From Bacilli bacterium (lineage in GTDB: Bacteria; Bacillota_I; Bacilli_A; RFN20; CAG-826): 64,000 bases of DNA. Made by a program: the position numbers and the translations under genes. The stretch covers positions 32,001 to 96,000 of the forward strand of contig JAZLKX010000025.1 in the NCBI GenBank assembly GCA_045597865.1, written 5' to 3'. This document shows, piece after piece, positions 1 to 9,826 of the stretch (the first letter of the stretch is position 1; each line of letters starts with the position of its first letter). The notes under the pieces were generated by a model that ran no database searches, had not been told where the DNA came from, and was given only the letters and a program-made list of their open reading frames with translations.

Positions 1-1
1 A

Positions 2-973
2 AAAGCAAATACAGAATGCATTAAAAAACAACTCGAGAGATTCATTGATTTATCAGATCCAGAAAAAGGAATGATTATTAATAACTATGAATGGTTTGGT
101 GCAATGTCAGTCCTTGATTTCTTAAGAGATTACGGCAAATTCTTCCCAGTTAACTACATGTTATCTAAAGATATTGTTGCATCAAGACTTCAATCTGGCG
201 TTTCATTTACAGAATTTGCATATATGATTCTTCAATCAGTAGACTTCTTAAAACTTCACCAAGAACACGGAGTATCAATGCAAATTGGTGGTGGTGACCA
301 ATGGGGTAATTTAACTTCTGGTCTTGAACTCATTCGTAAAATTGAAGGACAAGAAGCAAAAGTTGGATGTTTTACAGTTCCACTTCTTCTTGACCAAAAT
401 GGTAAGAAATTTGGTAAGTCAGAAGGTGGTGCACTCTACTTAGATGCAAACCTTGTCTCACCATACAAAATTTATCAATACTTCATCAATGTTTCAGATG
501 ATGATGCAGCAAGATACCTTAAGGTATTTTCCTTCAAAACTCTTGAAGAAATCGCTGCAATCACAAAAGAACACTATGATAATTTAGGAGCAAGAATTGC
601 TCAAAAAGCATTAGCTTATGAAATCGTTGGTTTAATCCATGGCGAAGAAAAAGCTGAAGAATGCAAAAAGATGTCAGAAGTTTTATTCTCGAATGACATT
701 AAGTCACTTTCAAAGGAAAATATTGTTGAATTATTTGGCGATTTAGAAGTTGCTCAACCAAAAGGTCTTTTATTAGAAGATATGTTAATTGCAATTCATG
801 CAGCTTCATCCAAACGTGAAGCACGTGAATTCATTAATGGAAATTCAGTTGCAATTAATGGTGAAAAAGTAACTGATCTTGCCCATGTTGTTGATGATAA
901 AGACGCTCTTTTTGGAGAATACGTTGTTATTAAACGCGGAAAGAAAAATTACTACTTAGTAAAATTTAACTAA
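2..973 (+). CDS. tyrS: Tyrosine--tRNA ligase (5' end outside the window)
   Basis: Frame is open from base 2; [10 protein letters not shown] and KFGKSEG (KMSKS-like) motifs; C-terminal S4-like domain ending KRGKKNY. Confidence 0.97.
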   Translation, partial: KANTECIKKQLERFIDLSDPEKGMIINNYEWFGAMSVLDFLRDYGKFFPVNYMLSKDIVASRLQSGVSFTEFAYMILQSVDFLKLHQEHGVSMQIGGGDQWGNLTSGLELIRKIEGQEAKVGCFTVPLLLDQNGKKFGKSEGGALYLDANLVSPYKIYQYFINVSDDDAARYLKVFSFKTLEEIAAITKEHYDNLGARIAQKALAYEIVGLIHGEEKAEECKKMSEVLFSNDIKSLSKENIVELFGDLEVAQPKGLLLEDMLIAIHAASSKREAREFINGNSVAINGEKVTDLAHVVDDKDALFGEYVVIKRGKKNYYLVKFN

Positions 974-974
974 T

Positions 975-1670
975 ATGAAAAAATATTTTTTACCATTATT
1001 ACTTTTATCTGCAGCACTTTGTGCTGGATGTGGTGAACAAGGCCCAAAAGGCGATAAGGGTGATAAAGGGGACAAAGGCGATATTGGGGAAACTGGCGCT
1101 CAAGGTGAACAGGGCATCCAAGGTCCAACAGGTCCTCAAGGTCCAGCTGGACCACAAGGTGAAAATGGCGATGACGGCAAAGATGCTGGATTTGTTGATT
1201 TTACAAAAATTGTGAACAAAGTTTATTATCAATATGATTTAAGCGATGATGAATTAACGAAAAAAGTTATTCGCACAGGCTTTGAAGATATTGAAACTAG
1301 TGATTACGCAATTCCAGATTTAGAAACATTTAATTACATTCACGAATTTGAATGGTTTGTTCCTAATTTATCATTTGAAACTGAAATATTTCACTGGGCT
1401 TGGGATAGCGGTTTTATATCAATAATTGATCCTGTTGATCCATTTACTGCAACATTTGAATATGGTGTTGAAGTGTATGATTACGATTACGTAATTATTG
1501 GAGGTAGATATTTCGATGAGGATTTCAACGAAATAATTTTCAGTGAAAATATCATCCTATATAAGGATATGGAATTTGGAAATAAAGTTTATTATTCAGA
1601 AGATTATCTAAAAAACCAAGGTATTGAATTCTTTGATGCCGAAGATGTACTAGGAGGAATTTTTGAATGA
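975..1670 (+). CDS. Collagen-like (Gly-X-Y) lipoprotein with acidic C-terminal domain
   Basis: MKK signal peptide with CAGC lipobox; 17 consecutive G-X-Y triplets; starts 1 nt after the tyrS stop. Confidence 0.85.
   Translation: MKKYFLPLLLLSAALCAGCGEQGPKGDKGDKGDKGDIGETGAQGEQGIQGPTGPQGPAGPQGENGDDGKDAGFVDFTKIVNKVYYQYDLSDDELTKKVIRTGFEDIETSDYAIPDLETFNYIHEFEWFVPNLSFETEIFHWAWDSGFISIIDPVDPFTATFEYGVEVYDYDYVIIGGRYFDEDFNEIIFSENIILYKDMEFGNKVYYSEDYLKNQGIEFFDAEDVLGGIFE
1032..1184 (+). repeat. Collagen-like Gly-X-Y coding repeat (17 triplets)
   Basis: [24 protein letters not shown] ... GDD GKD. Confidence 0.9.
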
Positions 1671-1867
1671 GACAATACATTTGTGATAGATACGGAATGT
1701 GTTTAGGGGAAATTTCAATTGATGGTTTTGGAAACAAGACAGTCTATAGCATGTCGGGCCAAAAGCTTGGTTATTATGATGCATCCACAGAATCAACATA
1801 TGATCCAACTGGAAGAAAATTATTCCAAGGCGACATGTCTGGCGCATTACTAATCATTTATAAATAA
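1667..1867 (+). CDS. Small hypothetical protein with repeated Y/D-x-x-G-x-x-L-G beta-hairpin units (beta-flower-like)
   Basis: ATGA overlap with the upstream gene; internal repeats [23 protein letters not shown]; followed by a terminator. Confidence 0.7.
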   Translation: MRQYICDRYGMCLGEISIDGFGNKTVYSMSGQKLGYYDASTESTYDPTGRKLFQGDMSGALLIIYK

Positions 1868-1875
1868 GCACAAGA

Positions 1876-1899
1876 AAAGGGAACCAAAAGGTTCCCTTT
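1876..1899. terminator. Bidirectional intrinsic terminator
   Basis: AAAGGGAACC-AAAA-GGTTCCCTTT hairpin between convergent genes. Confidence 0.8.
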
Positions 1900-1920
1900 A
1901 ATTTGCTCATATTCAGTGAA

Positions 1921-2523
1921 TTATAACATTCTGTTATAGTATTCAATGACTTGTGCTTCGTTGATGTCTTGTGGAAGTTCTTTTCTTTCTGGCATTCTTA
2001 CGAATTCGCCTTCAAGTTTAGCTGCATCTACTTTGACAAATCCAACTGAAGCTGGTTTGCTTTCAAGTGAAGCTTTGACGATTGCGAGATCGTGTCCTTC
2101 TTTGAGAGCAATTTTGTCGCCGACCTTACAAAGGTATGATGGAATATCAACCTTTGAACCGTTTACAACAATGTGTCCGTGGTTAACAAGTTGTCTTGCT
2201 GCTCTACGAGTTCTTGCAAAGCCCATTCTGTAGACTAAGTTGTCTAAACGGGATTCGAGAATTCTGAAGAAAGCAATACCTGTAACTTCGTCTGATTTTA
2301 AAGCAAGATTGAATAAACGACGGAATTGTCTTTCGTTAACACCATACATTTGTTCGAGTTTTTGCTTTTCGATCAATTGTTTGCCGTATTCGGATGGTTT
2401 TTTCTTACGTCCATTACCGTGTTGGCCTGGACCATAAGGTCTCTTTTCTAATTCTTTATTTGTTTCGAGAACAGAAAAACCGAGACGACGTGATCTTTTG
2501 TAGTCTGAACCAGTATATCTCAT
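1921..2523 (-). CDS. rpsD: 30S ribosomal protein S4
   Basis: MRYTG...PGQHG, LESRLDNLVYRMGFA, ARQLVNHGH motifs. Confidence 0.99.
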   Translation of the reverse strand: MRYTGSDYKRSRRLGFSVLETNKELEKRPYGPGQHGNGRKKKPSEYGKQLIEKQKLEQMYGVNERQFRRLFNLALKSDEVTGIAFFRILESRLDNLVYRMGFARTRRAARQLVNHGHIVVNGSKVDIPSYLCKVGDKIALKEGHDLAIVKASLESKPASVGFVKVDAAKLEGEFVRMPERKELPQDINEAQVIEYYNRML

Positions 2524-2680
2524 GATTTATGGCTCCTTTCACTAAATGCATTATTTAGCAAGAGGTGTAAATTCCTGACTCCGGATGTACTCTAAATTGG
2601 CTTTCACTTATGAGCATTAGCTACTTACCCACGATAGTTGAGACATCAGTCGAGCTGTATTTACATGCTGCAACAATGCG
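2524..2680 (-). ncRNA. Probable S4 autoregulatory leader (Bacilli type)
   Basis: ~155 nt 5'UTR between promoter and rpsD containing GCAGCAUGUAAA and a downstream UUUACAC; position matches the known Bacillus rpsD leader. Confidence 0.55.
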
Positions 2681-2686
2681 AGTAGT

Positions 2687-2715
2687 ATTATCAAATATTT
2701 AAATATTTTTGTCAA
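2687..2715 (-). promoter_or_regulatory. SigA-type promoter of rpsD
   Basis: TTGACA-17 nt-GATAAT on the minus strand. Confidence 0.7.
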
Positions 2716-2842
2716 CAAAAAATGTAAATTAATATTTATATTAAGGGTAAAAATGCGATGAAATCTCAAATATATTTCTTATTATTTTGGTGTTTTTTAT
2801 TTAAAAACAGAATATAAATATGATAATATATTACTCGAAATT

Positions 2843-4552
2843 ATGACACCAGGTGCAATTGTAGGATTAGTATTAGGAATCGTTGCTGGCTTAGTCGGCA
2901 TCGGTTTTATTTTATATTTCTTTGTTTTTAGAGAAAAAGTTTTCAAAAAACAATTAAGAGAAATTGATCGTAAATTCCAATATTTACACGCTTTACTTAT
3001 TGGACAAGATGCTCAATATGTTAAGAGACTTGAAATTATTTCAAGAACCAATCTTCTCTATGTCGAAATTCACACAAAATATTTAAAGAAATTTAAAGAA
3101 ATTCGTGATAAGCATGATGCAAATGCACAAAGTGCATTAAATAACTTAAGAGACTTACTTGATGTTAAAAACTTCAAAGCTTTTAAAGAAACAATGATTC
3201 GTGTTAATGAAATTGTTGAAGGCTATGATAAAGAAGTACAAGCATTAAATGTTGAACTTTTAAGAGTTGTTAAACCAGAAGAAGATTGTAGACAATCATC
3301 TTTAACTTATAAGGAATCATTAAGAAGAATCAAACAAGATTACTATTCTAAAGAAAGTGAACTTGTTATGATGGCAAACTCATTTGAAGAAGTTTTTAAA
3401 TACATTGATCAATTATTTGAAGACTTTGAAGGTTTAGTTGAATCTGCTCAATATGATGAAGCAAATCAAATCCTTCCAAAAATTGATGAAATTCTTCATG
3501 AATTAACCAAAAATATGCAAGACTTACCATCTCTTTGCACAATGGTTTCAATTGTTATTCCAGAAAAAATTATTTCAGTTGAAAATGCATATAAAGATTT
3601 GGTTAATGAAAAGTATCCACTTTATCATTTGTGTGTTGTTCAAACTCTTACAGAAATGAAAGAGCAAATCGAAAATTTCACGCATAGAATCCGCTTATTT
3701 GAAATTAATGGTATTGGCGAAAAACTTGAAAGCATGAGTGAAAAACTTGATAAATTCTTTGATTTGTTTGAAGAAGAAAAAGTTGCTAGAGAATCATTCG
3801 AAGCTAACAATGAAAACGTTTATAGCACAGTTAATTTAATTGAAAGAAAGTTTATTAAACTTCGTAATACAATTCCTGAAGTTTCTAAAGTATTCGTTAT
3901 TAACGAAGCTCACCAAAATAAGATTAATGATATTCAAAATGATATTAATAAAGTTGGAGCTCTTAAACGTAGTTTAGATACATTTATTCATAGTGCTACA
4001 AAACAACCATATTCACTTTTAGTGAATAAGATGAATGAATTATCAACTGCATCTAACTCAATTATTTCTGATATTGATGAATACAACAACTACATTGCTT
4101 CTTTGAAGAGTGATGCAGAATCTGCTTACAATGTCGTTTATGCATTCTATGACAAAGTCAAGAAAGCTGAACAACAAGTTAGAGAAATTAATGTTGCTAA
4201 GTGCAGCGAAAAATATGCACCTAAGTTTGAAAAACTTTATGAACTTTTAAATTCTATTAATAGCTTATTAACTCATAGTCCAATTGATGTTGATCAAGTA
4301 AATAAATTACAAAGAGATTTATTTGAGATTTCTAATGATTTATTAGACGATGGTGAAGTTGCTCAAGATTATTCAATGATGATTCTTGCAGAGAATGCTA
4401 TTCTATATGCAAACAGACATAGACACCATTTATCTGACATTGATCAATTAATCAATCTTGCCGAAACTGATTTTACAAATGGTGATTTTGAACACGCTTC
4501 AATTAACACCAACAATGCATTAAAGAAAATTAAACAAGAAAATGGTAAATAA
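2843..4552 (+). CDS. ezrA: Septation ring formation regulator EzrA
   Basis: Single N-terminal TM, long helical/coiled-coil body, LAENAILYANRH (QNR-patch-like); ezrA-iscS-thiI synteny. Confidence 0.88.
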   Translation: MTPGAIVGLVLGIVAGLVGIGFILYFFVFREKVFKKQLREIDRKFQYLHALLIGQDAQYVKRLEIISRTNLLYVEIHTKYLKKFKEIRDKHDANAQSALNNLRDLLDVKNFKAFKETMIRVNEIVEGYDKEVQALNVELLRVVKPEEDCRQSSLTYKESLRRIKQDYYSKESELVMMANSFEEVFKYIDQLFEDFEGLVESAQYDEANQILPKIDEILHELTKNMQDLPSLCTMVSIVIPEKIISVENAYKDLVNEKYPLYHLCVVQTLTEMKEQIENFTHRIRLFEINGIGEKLESMSEKLDKFFDLFEEEKVARESFEANNENVYSTVNLIERKFIKLRNTIPEVSKVFVINEAHQNKINDIQNDINKVGALKRSLDTFIHSATKQPYSLLVNKMNELSTASNSIISDIDEYNNYIASLKSDAESAYNVVYAFYDKVKKAEQQVREINVAKCSEKYAPKFEKLYELLNSINSLLTHSPIDVDQVNKLQRDLFEISNDLLDDGEVAQDYSMMILAENAILYANRHRHHLSDIDQLINLAETDFTNGDFEHASINTNNALKKIKQENGK

Positions 4553-5660
4553 TTTTATTTATTTAGATAATGCTGCGACGACAAAACCTAACAAGGATGT
4601 CGTCGCTTTATATAATGACATTGAATTAAATCACTTTGGAAATAGTGGTTCTATTCATGGATTAGGCGTTGATTCTTTAAAATATTTAAATGCAGCAAGA
4701 GAATTGATTCTAAACTCTTTAAGAGTTAAGAATTATAAAGTTTATTTTACTGGTTCATCTACGGAGGCAAACAATTTAGCAATCAAAGGTTATTGCTATA
4801 AGCATGCAAATCGTGGAAAACATTTAATCACAACTAATATCGAACATCCATCTGTTTTAGAGTGTTTCAAAGCTCTTGAAAACGATGGTTTTAAAGTTAC
4901 TTACTTAAAAGTAAATGCTGATGGAATTGTAACAGCAGAGGATGTTAAAAATGCTATGACTAATGAAACTATATTAGTTTCTATTATGGCTGTTAATAAT
5001 GAGATTGGATCAATTAATCCTATTAAGGAAATTAAGGAAGTTGTGTCCAAATTCCCAAAGGCAGTTTTACATGTTGATACAACTCAAGCAATTGGAAAAC
5101 TTAATTTTGATTACAACAACTGTGATATGTTTGTTGTTTCTTCACATAAGATTCATGGCTTGAAAGGTAGCGGTGCATTGATTGCAAAATCTAGTATTGT
5201 TTTTGATCCAGTAATTAATGGTGGCGGACAAGAAGAAGGAATGAGAAGCGGAACAGTTTCAGTTGCTCATTCGTGTGCCCTTGCAAAAGCAGTAAAAAAT
5301 CTATTCCCACTCAAAAATATTGAAGATTTGCAGGCATTTTTGCTCATAAACCTCAATATTTTAGATGGAATTGAAATGAATTCAAACAACAATTGTTCAC
5401 CTTATATTGTTAATTTTTCACTAACAAAAAAGAAAGCTTCTGTTGTTGTTGAAGCATTATCAAATAAAGGTATTTATGTTAGCTCAGTAAGTGCTTGCAA
5501 TTCTAAAGGAGAATCCGGTTCTTATGTTGTAAGAGCTCTTGGCAAATCTGATGAGCTTGCTCATAACACAATTAGGGTTTCTTTAGACAGCGAAACAACT
5601 ATTGAAGAATTAGAAACTTTCATTTCAGCACTTAAAGAAATTTTGGAGACTATAAAATGA
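4542..5660 (+). CDS. iscS: Cysteine desulfurase (IscS/NifZ-type, partner of ThiI)
   Basis: YLDNAATT, SSHKIHG (PLP lysine), SSVSACNS (catalytic Cys). Confidence 0.93.
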   Translation: MVNNFIYLDNAATTKPNKDVVALYNDIELNHFGNSGSIHGLGVDSLKYLNAARELILNSLRVKNYKVYFTGSSTEANNLAIKGYCYKHANRGKHLITTNIEHPSVLECFKALENDGFKVTYLKVNADGIVTAEDVKNAMTNETILVSIMAVNNEIGSINPIKEIKEVVSKFPKAVLHVDTTQAIGKLNFDYNNCDMFVVSSHKIHGLKGSGALIAKSSIVFDPVINGGGQEEGMRSGTVSVAHSCALAKAVKNLFPLKNIEDLQAFLLINLNILDGIEMNSNNNCSPYIVNFSLTKKKASVVVEALSNKGIYVSSVSACNSKGESGSYVVRALGKSDELAHNTIRVSLDSETTIEELETFISALKEILETIK

Positions 5661-6832
5661 TTTACGATCACATTATGGTTCGCTTTGGTGAATTATCTAC
5701 CAAAGGTAAGAACAAAACAGACTTTATTAGAACTTTGGCAAAGAACATTAAAAATGCTTTGTCAGATTATAATGAAGTTCAAGTTATCACTCAATACGAT
5801 CACATTTATGTAAAACTCAATGGTTTAGATCCACAAAACATTATTGAGATTCTTCAAGATGTTTCAGGAATTCATTCGTTGTCTCTTGTTTTAAAAACTG
5901 ATCCAGATATTGAGAATTTAAAAAACATTTCTTTAGAAATGGTTAAAGCTGAAGAAGGCAAAACATTTAAGGTTCATGCAAAAAGAGCAAATAAAAAGTA
6001 TCCAATAATTTCTGATCAAATTAATCGTGAAATTGCAGGACACATTTTAAGAAATACTAAATTAAAAGTTGACGTTCACAATCCAGACATTTTAGTTTCA
6101 GTAGAAATTAGAGAAGAAGGAGCTTATGTGTTCGCACATACTTATCCAGCTGCTGGTGGTTATCCATTAGGAGTTGGTGGCAAAACAATGCTTATGTTAA
6201 GTGGTGGAATTGACTCTCCAGTTGCAGCTTATCTTCTTATGAAAAGAGGAATCAGAATCGAGTGTGTTCACTTTGCTTCTCCTCCATACACAAATGCTGG
6301 AGTTATTGAAAAACTCAAGGATTTACTAGGCAAATTAAATAAATATCAGCCAGAAATCCGTTTGAATATTATTCCGTTCACAAAGATTCAAGAAGATATT
6401 TATAAGTATTGCGATGAATCTTATGCAATTACAATCATGAGAAGAATGATGTTTAGAATTGCAGAAAGAATGGCACGTAGAAGAAGATGTTTAGCAATCT
6501 CAACAGGTGAGTCTGTTGGCCAAGTAGCATCTCAAACACTTGATTCAATGCAAGTAATTAACGAAGTAACAAGAATGCCTGTTATTCGTCCAGTTGTCTG
6601 TTATGACAAAGAAGATATTATTAAACTCGCACGAAAGATTGATACATTTGAAATTTCAATTAGACCATTTGAAGACTGTTGCACAATCTTCGCTCCAAAG
6701 AATCCTAAAACAAAACCAGATTATAAAAAATGTTTAGAGTTTGAAGAGAAGTGGGATTGGGAATCTGAAATTAATGAAGCTGTTAAGAATGCTGAAGTAA
6801 TTTATATAAATAAAAATTCTTCATTATTCTAA
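5657..6832 (+). CDS. thiI: tRNA 4-thiouridine synthase ThiI
   Basis: GELSTKGKN, THUMP domain, LSGGIDSPVA PP-loop, GQVASQT, EDCC. Confidence 0.97.
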   Translation: MIYDHIMVRFGELSTKGKNKTDFIRTLAKNIKNALSDYNEVQVITQYDHIYVKLNGLDPQNIIEILQDVSGIHSLSLVLKTDPDIENLKNISLEMVKAEEGKTFKVHAKRANKKYPIISDQINREIAGHILRNTKLKVDVHNPDILVSVEIREEGAYVFAHTYPAAGGYPLGVGGKTMLMLSGGIDSPVAAYLLMKRGIRIECVHFASPPYTNAGVIEKLKDLLGKLNKYQPEIRLNIIPFTKIQEDIYKYCDESYAITIMRRMMFRIAERMARRRRCLAISTGESVGQVASQTLDSMQVINEVTRMPVIRPVVCYDKEDIIKLARKIDTFEISIRPFEDCCTIFAPKNPKTKPDYKKCLEFEEKWDWESEINEAVKNAEVIYINKNSSLF

Positions 6833-6844
6833 AATAGCTATGAA

Positions 6845-6868
6845 AAAAGGAACCCTAAGGTTCCTTTT
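6845..6868. terminator. Bidirectional terminator between thiI and rplT
   Basis: AAAAGGAACC-CTAA-GGTTCCTTTT. Confidence 0.8.
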
Positions 6869-6884
6869 ATTTTAGCTAATTTAA

Positions 6885-7238
6885 TTATTTAGCTTTCTTT
6901 GCAATAGCAACTAAATCAGCAAATGCTTTTGGATCGTTGATTGCAAGTTCTGCTAACATCTTACGATTAACTTTGATGTTTGATTTGTTAAGACCATTGA
7001 TGAATCTGGAATATGAGATGTCATTTAATCTGCAAGCAGCATTGATTCTCTTGATCCAGAGTTTTCTCATATCGCTCTTTAAGTTCTTACGATCGATGTA
7101 AGAATAACGGAGTGATCTTAAGACTTGTTCTTTTGCGGTCTTGAAGAGGAGGTGTTTACTTCCGAAGTAACCACTAGCTCTTTTTAAAATTTTGTGACGA
7201 CGTGCGTGTGTAACGACACTGTTTTTTACTCTAGCCAT
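6885..7238 (-). CDS. rplT: 50S ribosomal protein L20
   Basis: MARVK..., [20 protein letters not shown]. Confidence 0.99.
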   Translation of the reverse strand: MARVKNSVVTHARRHKILKRASGYFGSKHLLFKTAKEQVLRSLRYSYIDRKNLKSDMRKLWIKRINAACRLNDISYSRFINGLNKSNIKVNRKMLAELAINDPKAFADLVAIAKKAK

Positions 7239-7252
7239 TGTTACTTACCTCC

Positions 7253-7444
7253 TTATTGAATTAAGGTCTTTACTCTCTTGTAATCTGAATGATCAACGAG
7301 TGAAGCCTTTCTTAAATGTCTTTTTTGTTTTGTTGTCTTGCGTGGTGCAAGGTGTGATGTGTAAGCACTGTGTCTTTTTAATTGACCGGAGCCTGTAACT
7401 TTGACTCTTTTAGCAAGTGCTCTTTTTGTTTTCATTTTTGGCAT
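7253..7444 (-). CDS. rpmI: 50S ribosomal protein L35
   Basis: [20 protein letters not shown]. Confidence 0.99.
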   Translation of the reverse strand: MPKMKTKRALAKRVKVTGSGQLKRHSAYTSHLAPRKTTKQKRHLRKASLVDHSDYKRVKTLIQ

Positions 7445-7456
7445 GCTATTTTCCTC

Positions 7457-8011
7457 CTACTTTTTACATTTTGATGCTAAAATTGCATTTAACCATTTGC
7501 CTTCCATAAACGGTGCTTTTTCAACTGATGAGACATCAGATAGCATGGCAATGAAGTTATTCATAACTTCTTCTCCAATCTCAGCGTGACTCATTTGACG
7601 ACCACGGTATCTAACACGAACGCTAACTTTGTTACCATCTTCAAGGAAGCGTCTTGCTGCCTTTGCTTTGGTATCAACATCGTGTTGTCCGATTTGTGGA
7701 GTTAATTGAATTTCTTTGATTTCAACAATGTGTTGATTCTTTTTGCTTTCTTTAGCTTTCTTTTGTTGTTCGTAACGATATTTACCATAGTTAAGTAATT
7801 TACATACTGGTGGTTGTGCGTTAGGTGCAACACAAACTAAATCTAAATCTGCTTCAACTGCTTTTTGATAGGCTTCTCTAGATGACATTCTACCTAATTG
7901 TTCGCCATTGGAACCAATAAGCAAAACTTCTGGGAAGCGGACTCGCTCATTAATGAGGTCACTGTTGTTCTTTTGTGGACGTTGTTGTCCTTGATTTGGA
8001 TAGTTATTTAT
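7457..8011 (-). CDS. infC: Translation initiation factor IF-3, non-canonical ATA start
   Basis: Frame extends upstream of the listed TTG through INERVRFPEV to an in-frame ATA at 8011, 8 nt after a GGAGG SD; DLDLV, PPVCK, YGKYRYE motifs. Confidence 0.93.
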   Translation of the reverse strand: MNNYPNQGQQRPQKNNSDLINERVRFPEVLLIGSNGEQLGRMSSREAYQKAVEADLDLVCVAPNAQPPVCKLLNYGKYRYEQQKKAKESKKNQHIVEIKEIQLTPQIGQHDVDTKAKAARRFLEDGNKVSVRVRYRGRQMSHAEIGEEVMNNFIAMLSDVSSVEKAPFMEGKWLNAILASKCKK

Positions 8012-8031
8012 AACTTCATCCTCCTTGTTAA

Positions 8032-8150
8032 GAAAAAACGGGCACGAAGTGCGCCCGTTTTCAATAAAATAACTTGATAGTTATCGTAGCATGTACCAAT
8101 CGATTAATCGATCTGGTGAGAAGCAAGGGCGCTCTTCTTTCTACGTTATT
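8032..8150 (-). ncRNA. L20 leader (attenuator of infC-rpmI-rplT)
   Basis: AGAAGAGCGCCCUUGCUUCUCACC resembles the Firmicutes L20 leader; terminator AAAACGGGCGCAC-UUC-GUGCCCGUUUUUU just upstream of the SD. Confidence 0.8.
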
Positions 8151-8160
8151 TGCGAGTAAT

Positions 8161-8189
8161 ATTAAACTACACATTAAATGTGTTGTCAA
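8161..8189 (-). promoter_or_regulatory. SigA-type promoter of the infC operon
   Basis: TTGACA-17 nt-TTTAAT on the minus strand. Confidence 0.7.
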
Positions 8190-9761
8190 CTAGAAATATG
8201 ATGATTCTCTAGCAAATGTTGGATTAGTGAAGGAATAATCATTTGCATTAAAAGATTTTTTAGAGTTTGCTAACAAGTAATCTTTTAAGATTTCGCGATA
8301 ATTGCAAACGTTATTATTTTTCGTTAAGTAACCCAATACTTTAATGTTTGGGAAGTTATCATATTCACGGTCTTTATTGCAATGGAACGCAAGATAATCA
8401 AGACATGCAACTTTGTAGACACCTTCATATCTAATCGCGGAATTAGGATTTGCACGATAAATATTATTTTTGAATCTAAGCATATTTGCCGCTTCTTTTC
8501 CTGTCACTTCAATTACTGGAATTGTGTTATCGAACGGAAAGATATTGTACAAATCCGAATAAGTCATTGTTGAATTATAGTGGGATGCTCTTCCAGCATT
8601 TGTGTATGCAAAATCAACTACATAACCTTCGTTAATTGCTTCATAGTAAATTGCTTCTGCCATTAAGTTAGGTAATTGCTCGCTAGAGTAGAAAGAACCA
8701 GATAAATTTGTTGTAAGAACTTGATCACCAAGATCTTTAGTTTCTATTGAGTAACGGTCAACAATTTGCTGAATTTCTGGATCAACAGTTTGATCAATTT
8801 CATTTAGAATATCAAACTTAGAATATGTAGAAACTGATGTAGATAAATCAACAAGTTGATTTGTTTCAAAATTATAGTAAAGTGTAACCTTACCAATTTG
8901 TTCTCCGTTAGCTCCGAATTGTGCAAATTTTACATCATTAAAAGTATGTGTTTCAGATTGATGAGTGTGAGCATTTAATACTAGGTCAACATAACGTTTG
9001 TTTGAAACTTTTGAAACCTTGGTTAATTGACTAGGATTCATTTGATCATAGCTTGAATGAGAAGAAGCAATAATGATGTCACATTTTTTGTCTACACGTA
9101 GAAAGTCAGACACATTCTGAATAACTTTTGTTTGATCTACAAAAGAAATATTTTCGACAAGTTGAGTTGAAATAGAGGTGATTTGATCTTCTCCAATTGT
9201 TCCGATAATTCCAACCTTTAAGCCATTGTCTAACACATAAGTTGCAGCACTTTTACCAAAAGCATTTTGCTGTTCATCAATTTCAGTTTTACTTGCCCAA
9301 TCAAAACCGTAAACATTAGCTGCTAAATTAGGATAGCTGCTAAATTCCACATTATTTTTTAAAGCATCAGTTCCCCAGTCAAAATCATGATTTCCAGCAG
9401 TTCTTGCGGATATTTTTGCATTTTTATATACTTCGTTGATTAATTTTCCTTTGTTGAAATTTGATTCTAAAGAACCTTGCCAAGTATCGCCTGAATCTAT
9501 AAATAATGTATTTGGTTCAGCAGTTTTTTGTTTGATAAAAGTACCAATATTTGCGATACCTGCCTCTTTATAATTTTCGTTAATTGCACCATGAAAATCA
9601 TTAATGCCAAAAATGTTAACTGCTTGAATACCTGAGGTTGGCCTTGAAGCTTTTGAATTTTCAATTTCATAACAATCATATTTGTTATTTTTTGAACCGC
9701 ATGATGAAAGTGCAGTAATTGAAATAACACTTAGTAATGACAAAAGAAACATTCTTTTCAT
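8190..9761 (-). CDS. 5'-nucleotidase / 2',3'-cyclic phosphodiesterase family lipoprotein
   Basis: Lipobox LSSC; calcineurin-like motifs NDFHG, DSGD, GNHDFD, AHTH; C-terminal 5'-NT domain (NAGR, IFPFDN). Confidence 0.9.
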   Translation of the reverse strand: MKRMFLLSLLSVISITALSSCGSKNNKYDCYEIENSKASRPTSGIQAVNIFGINDFHGAINENYKEAGIANIGTFIKQKTAEPNTLFIDSGDTWQGSLESNFNKGKLINEVYKNAKISARTAGNHDFDWGTDALKNNVEFSSYPNLAANVYGFDWASKTEIDEQQNAFGKSAATYVLDNGLKVGIIGTIGEDQITSISTQLVENISFVDQTKVIQNVSDFLRVDKKCDIIIASSHSSYDQMNPSQLTKVSKVSNKRYVDLVLNAHTHQSETHTFNDVKFAQFGANGEQIGKVTLYYNFETNQLVDLSTSVSTYSKFDILNEIDQTVDPEIQQIVDRYSIETKDLGDQVLTTNLSGSFYSSEQLPNLMAEAIYYEAINEGYVVDFAYTNAGRASHYNSTMTYSDLYNIFPFDNTIPVIEVTGKEAANMLRFKNNIYRANPNSAIRYEGVYKVACLDYLAFHCNKDREYDNFPNIKVLGYLTKNNNVCNYREILKDYLLANSKKSFNANDYSFTNPTFARESSYF

Positions 9762-9786
9762 ATGAATATTATAACAAAATAAAATA

Positions 9787-9818
9787 AAAAAATGATAGGA
9801 CAGATTCCTACCATTTTT
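9787..9818 (-). terminator. Terminator downstream of thrS
   Basis: AAAAATGATAGGA-CAGAT-TCCTACCATTTTT with a T-tract on the minus strand. Confidence 0.7.
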
Positions 9819-9826
9819 GTTTTATA

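Noticed and set aside
1876-6868. Two similar GGAACC-N4-GGTTCC hairpins as a REP-like repeat family
   Set aside because: Only two short copies, both fully explained as bidirectional terminators
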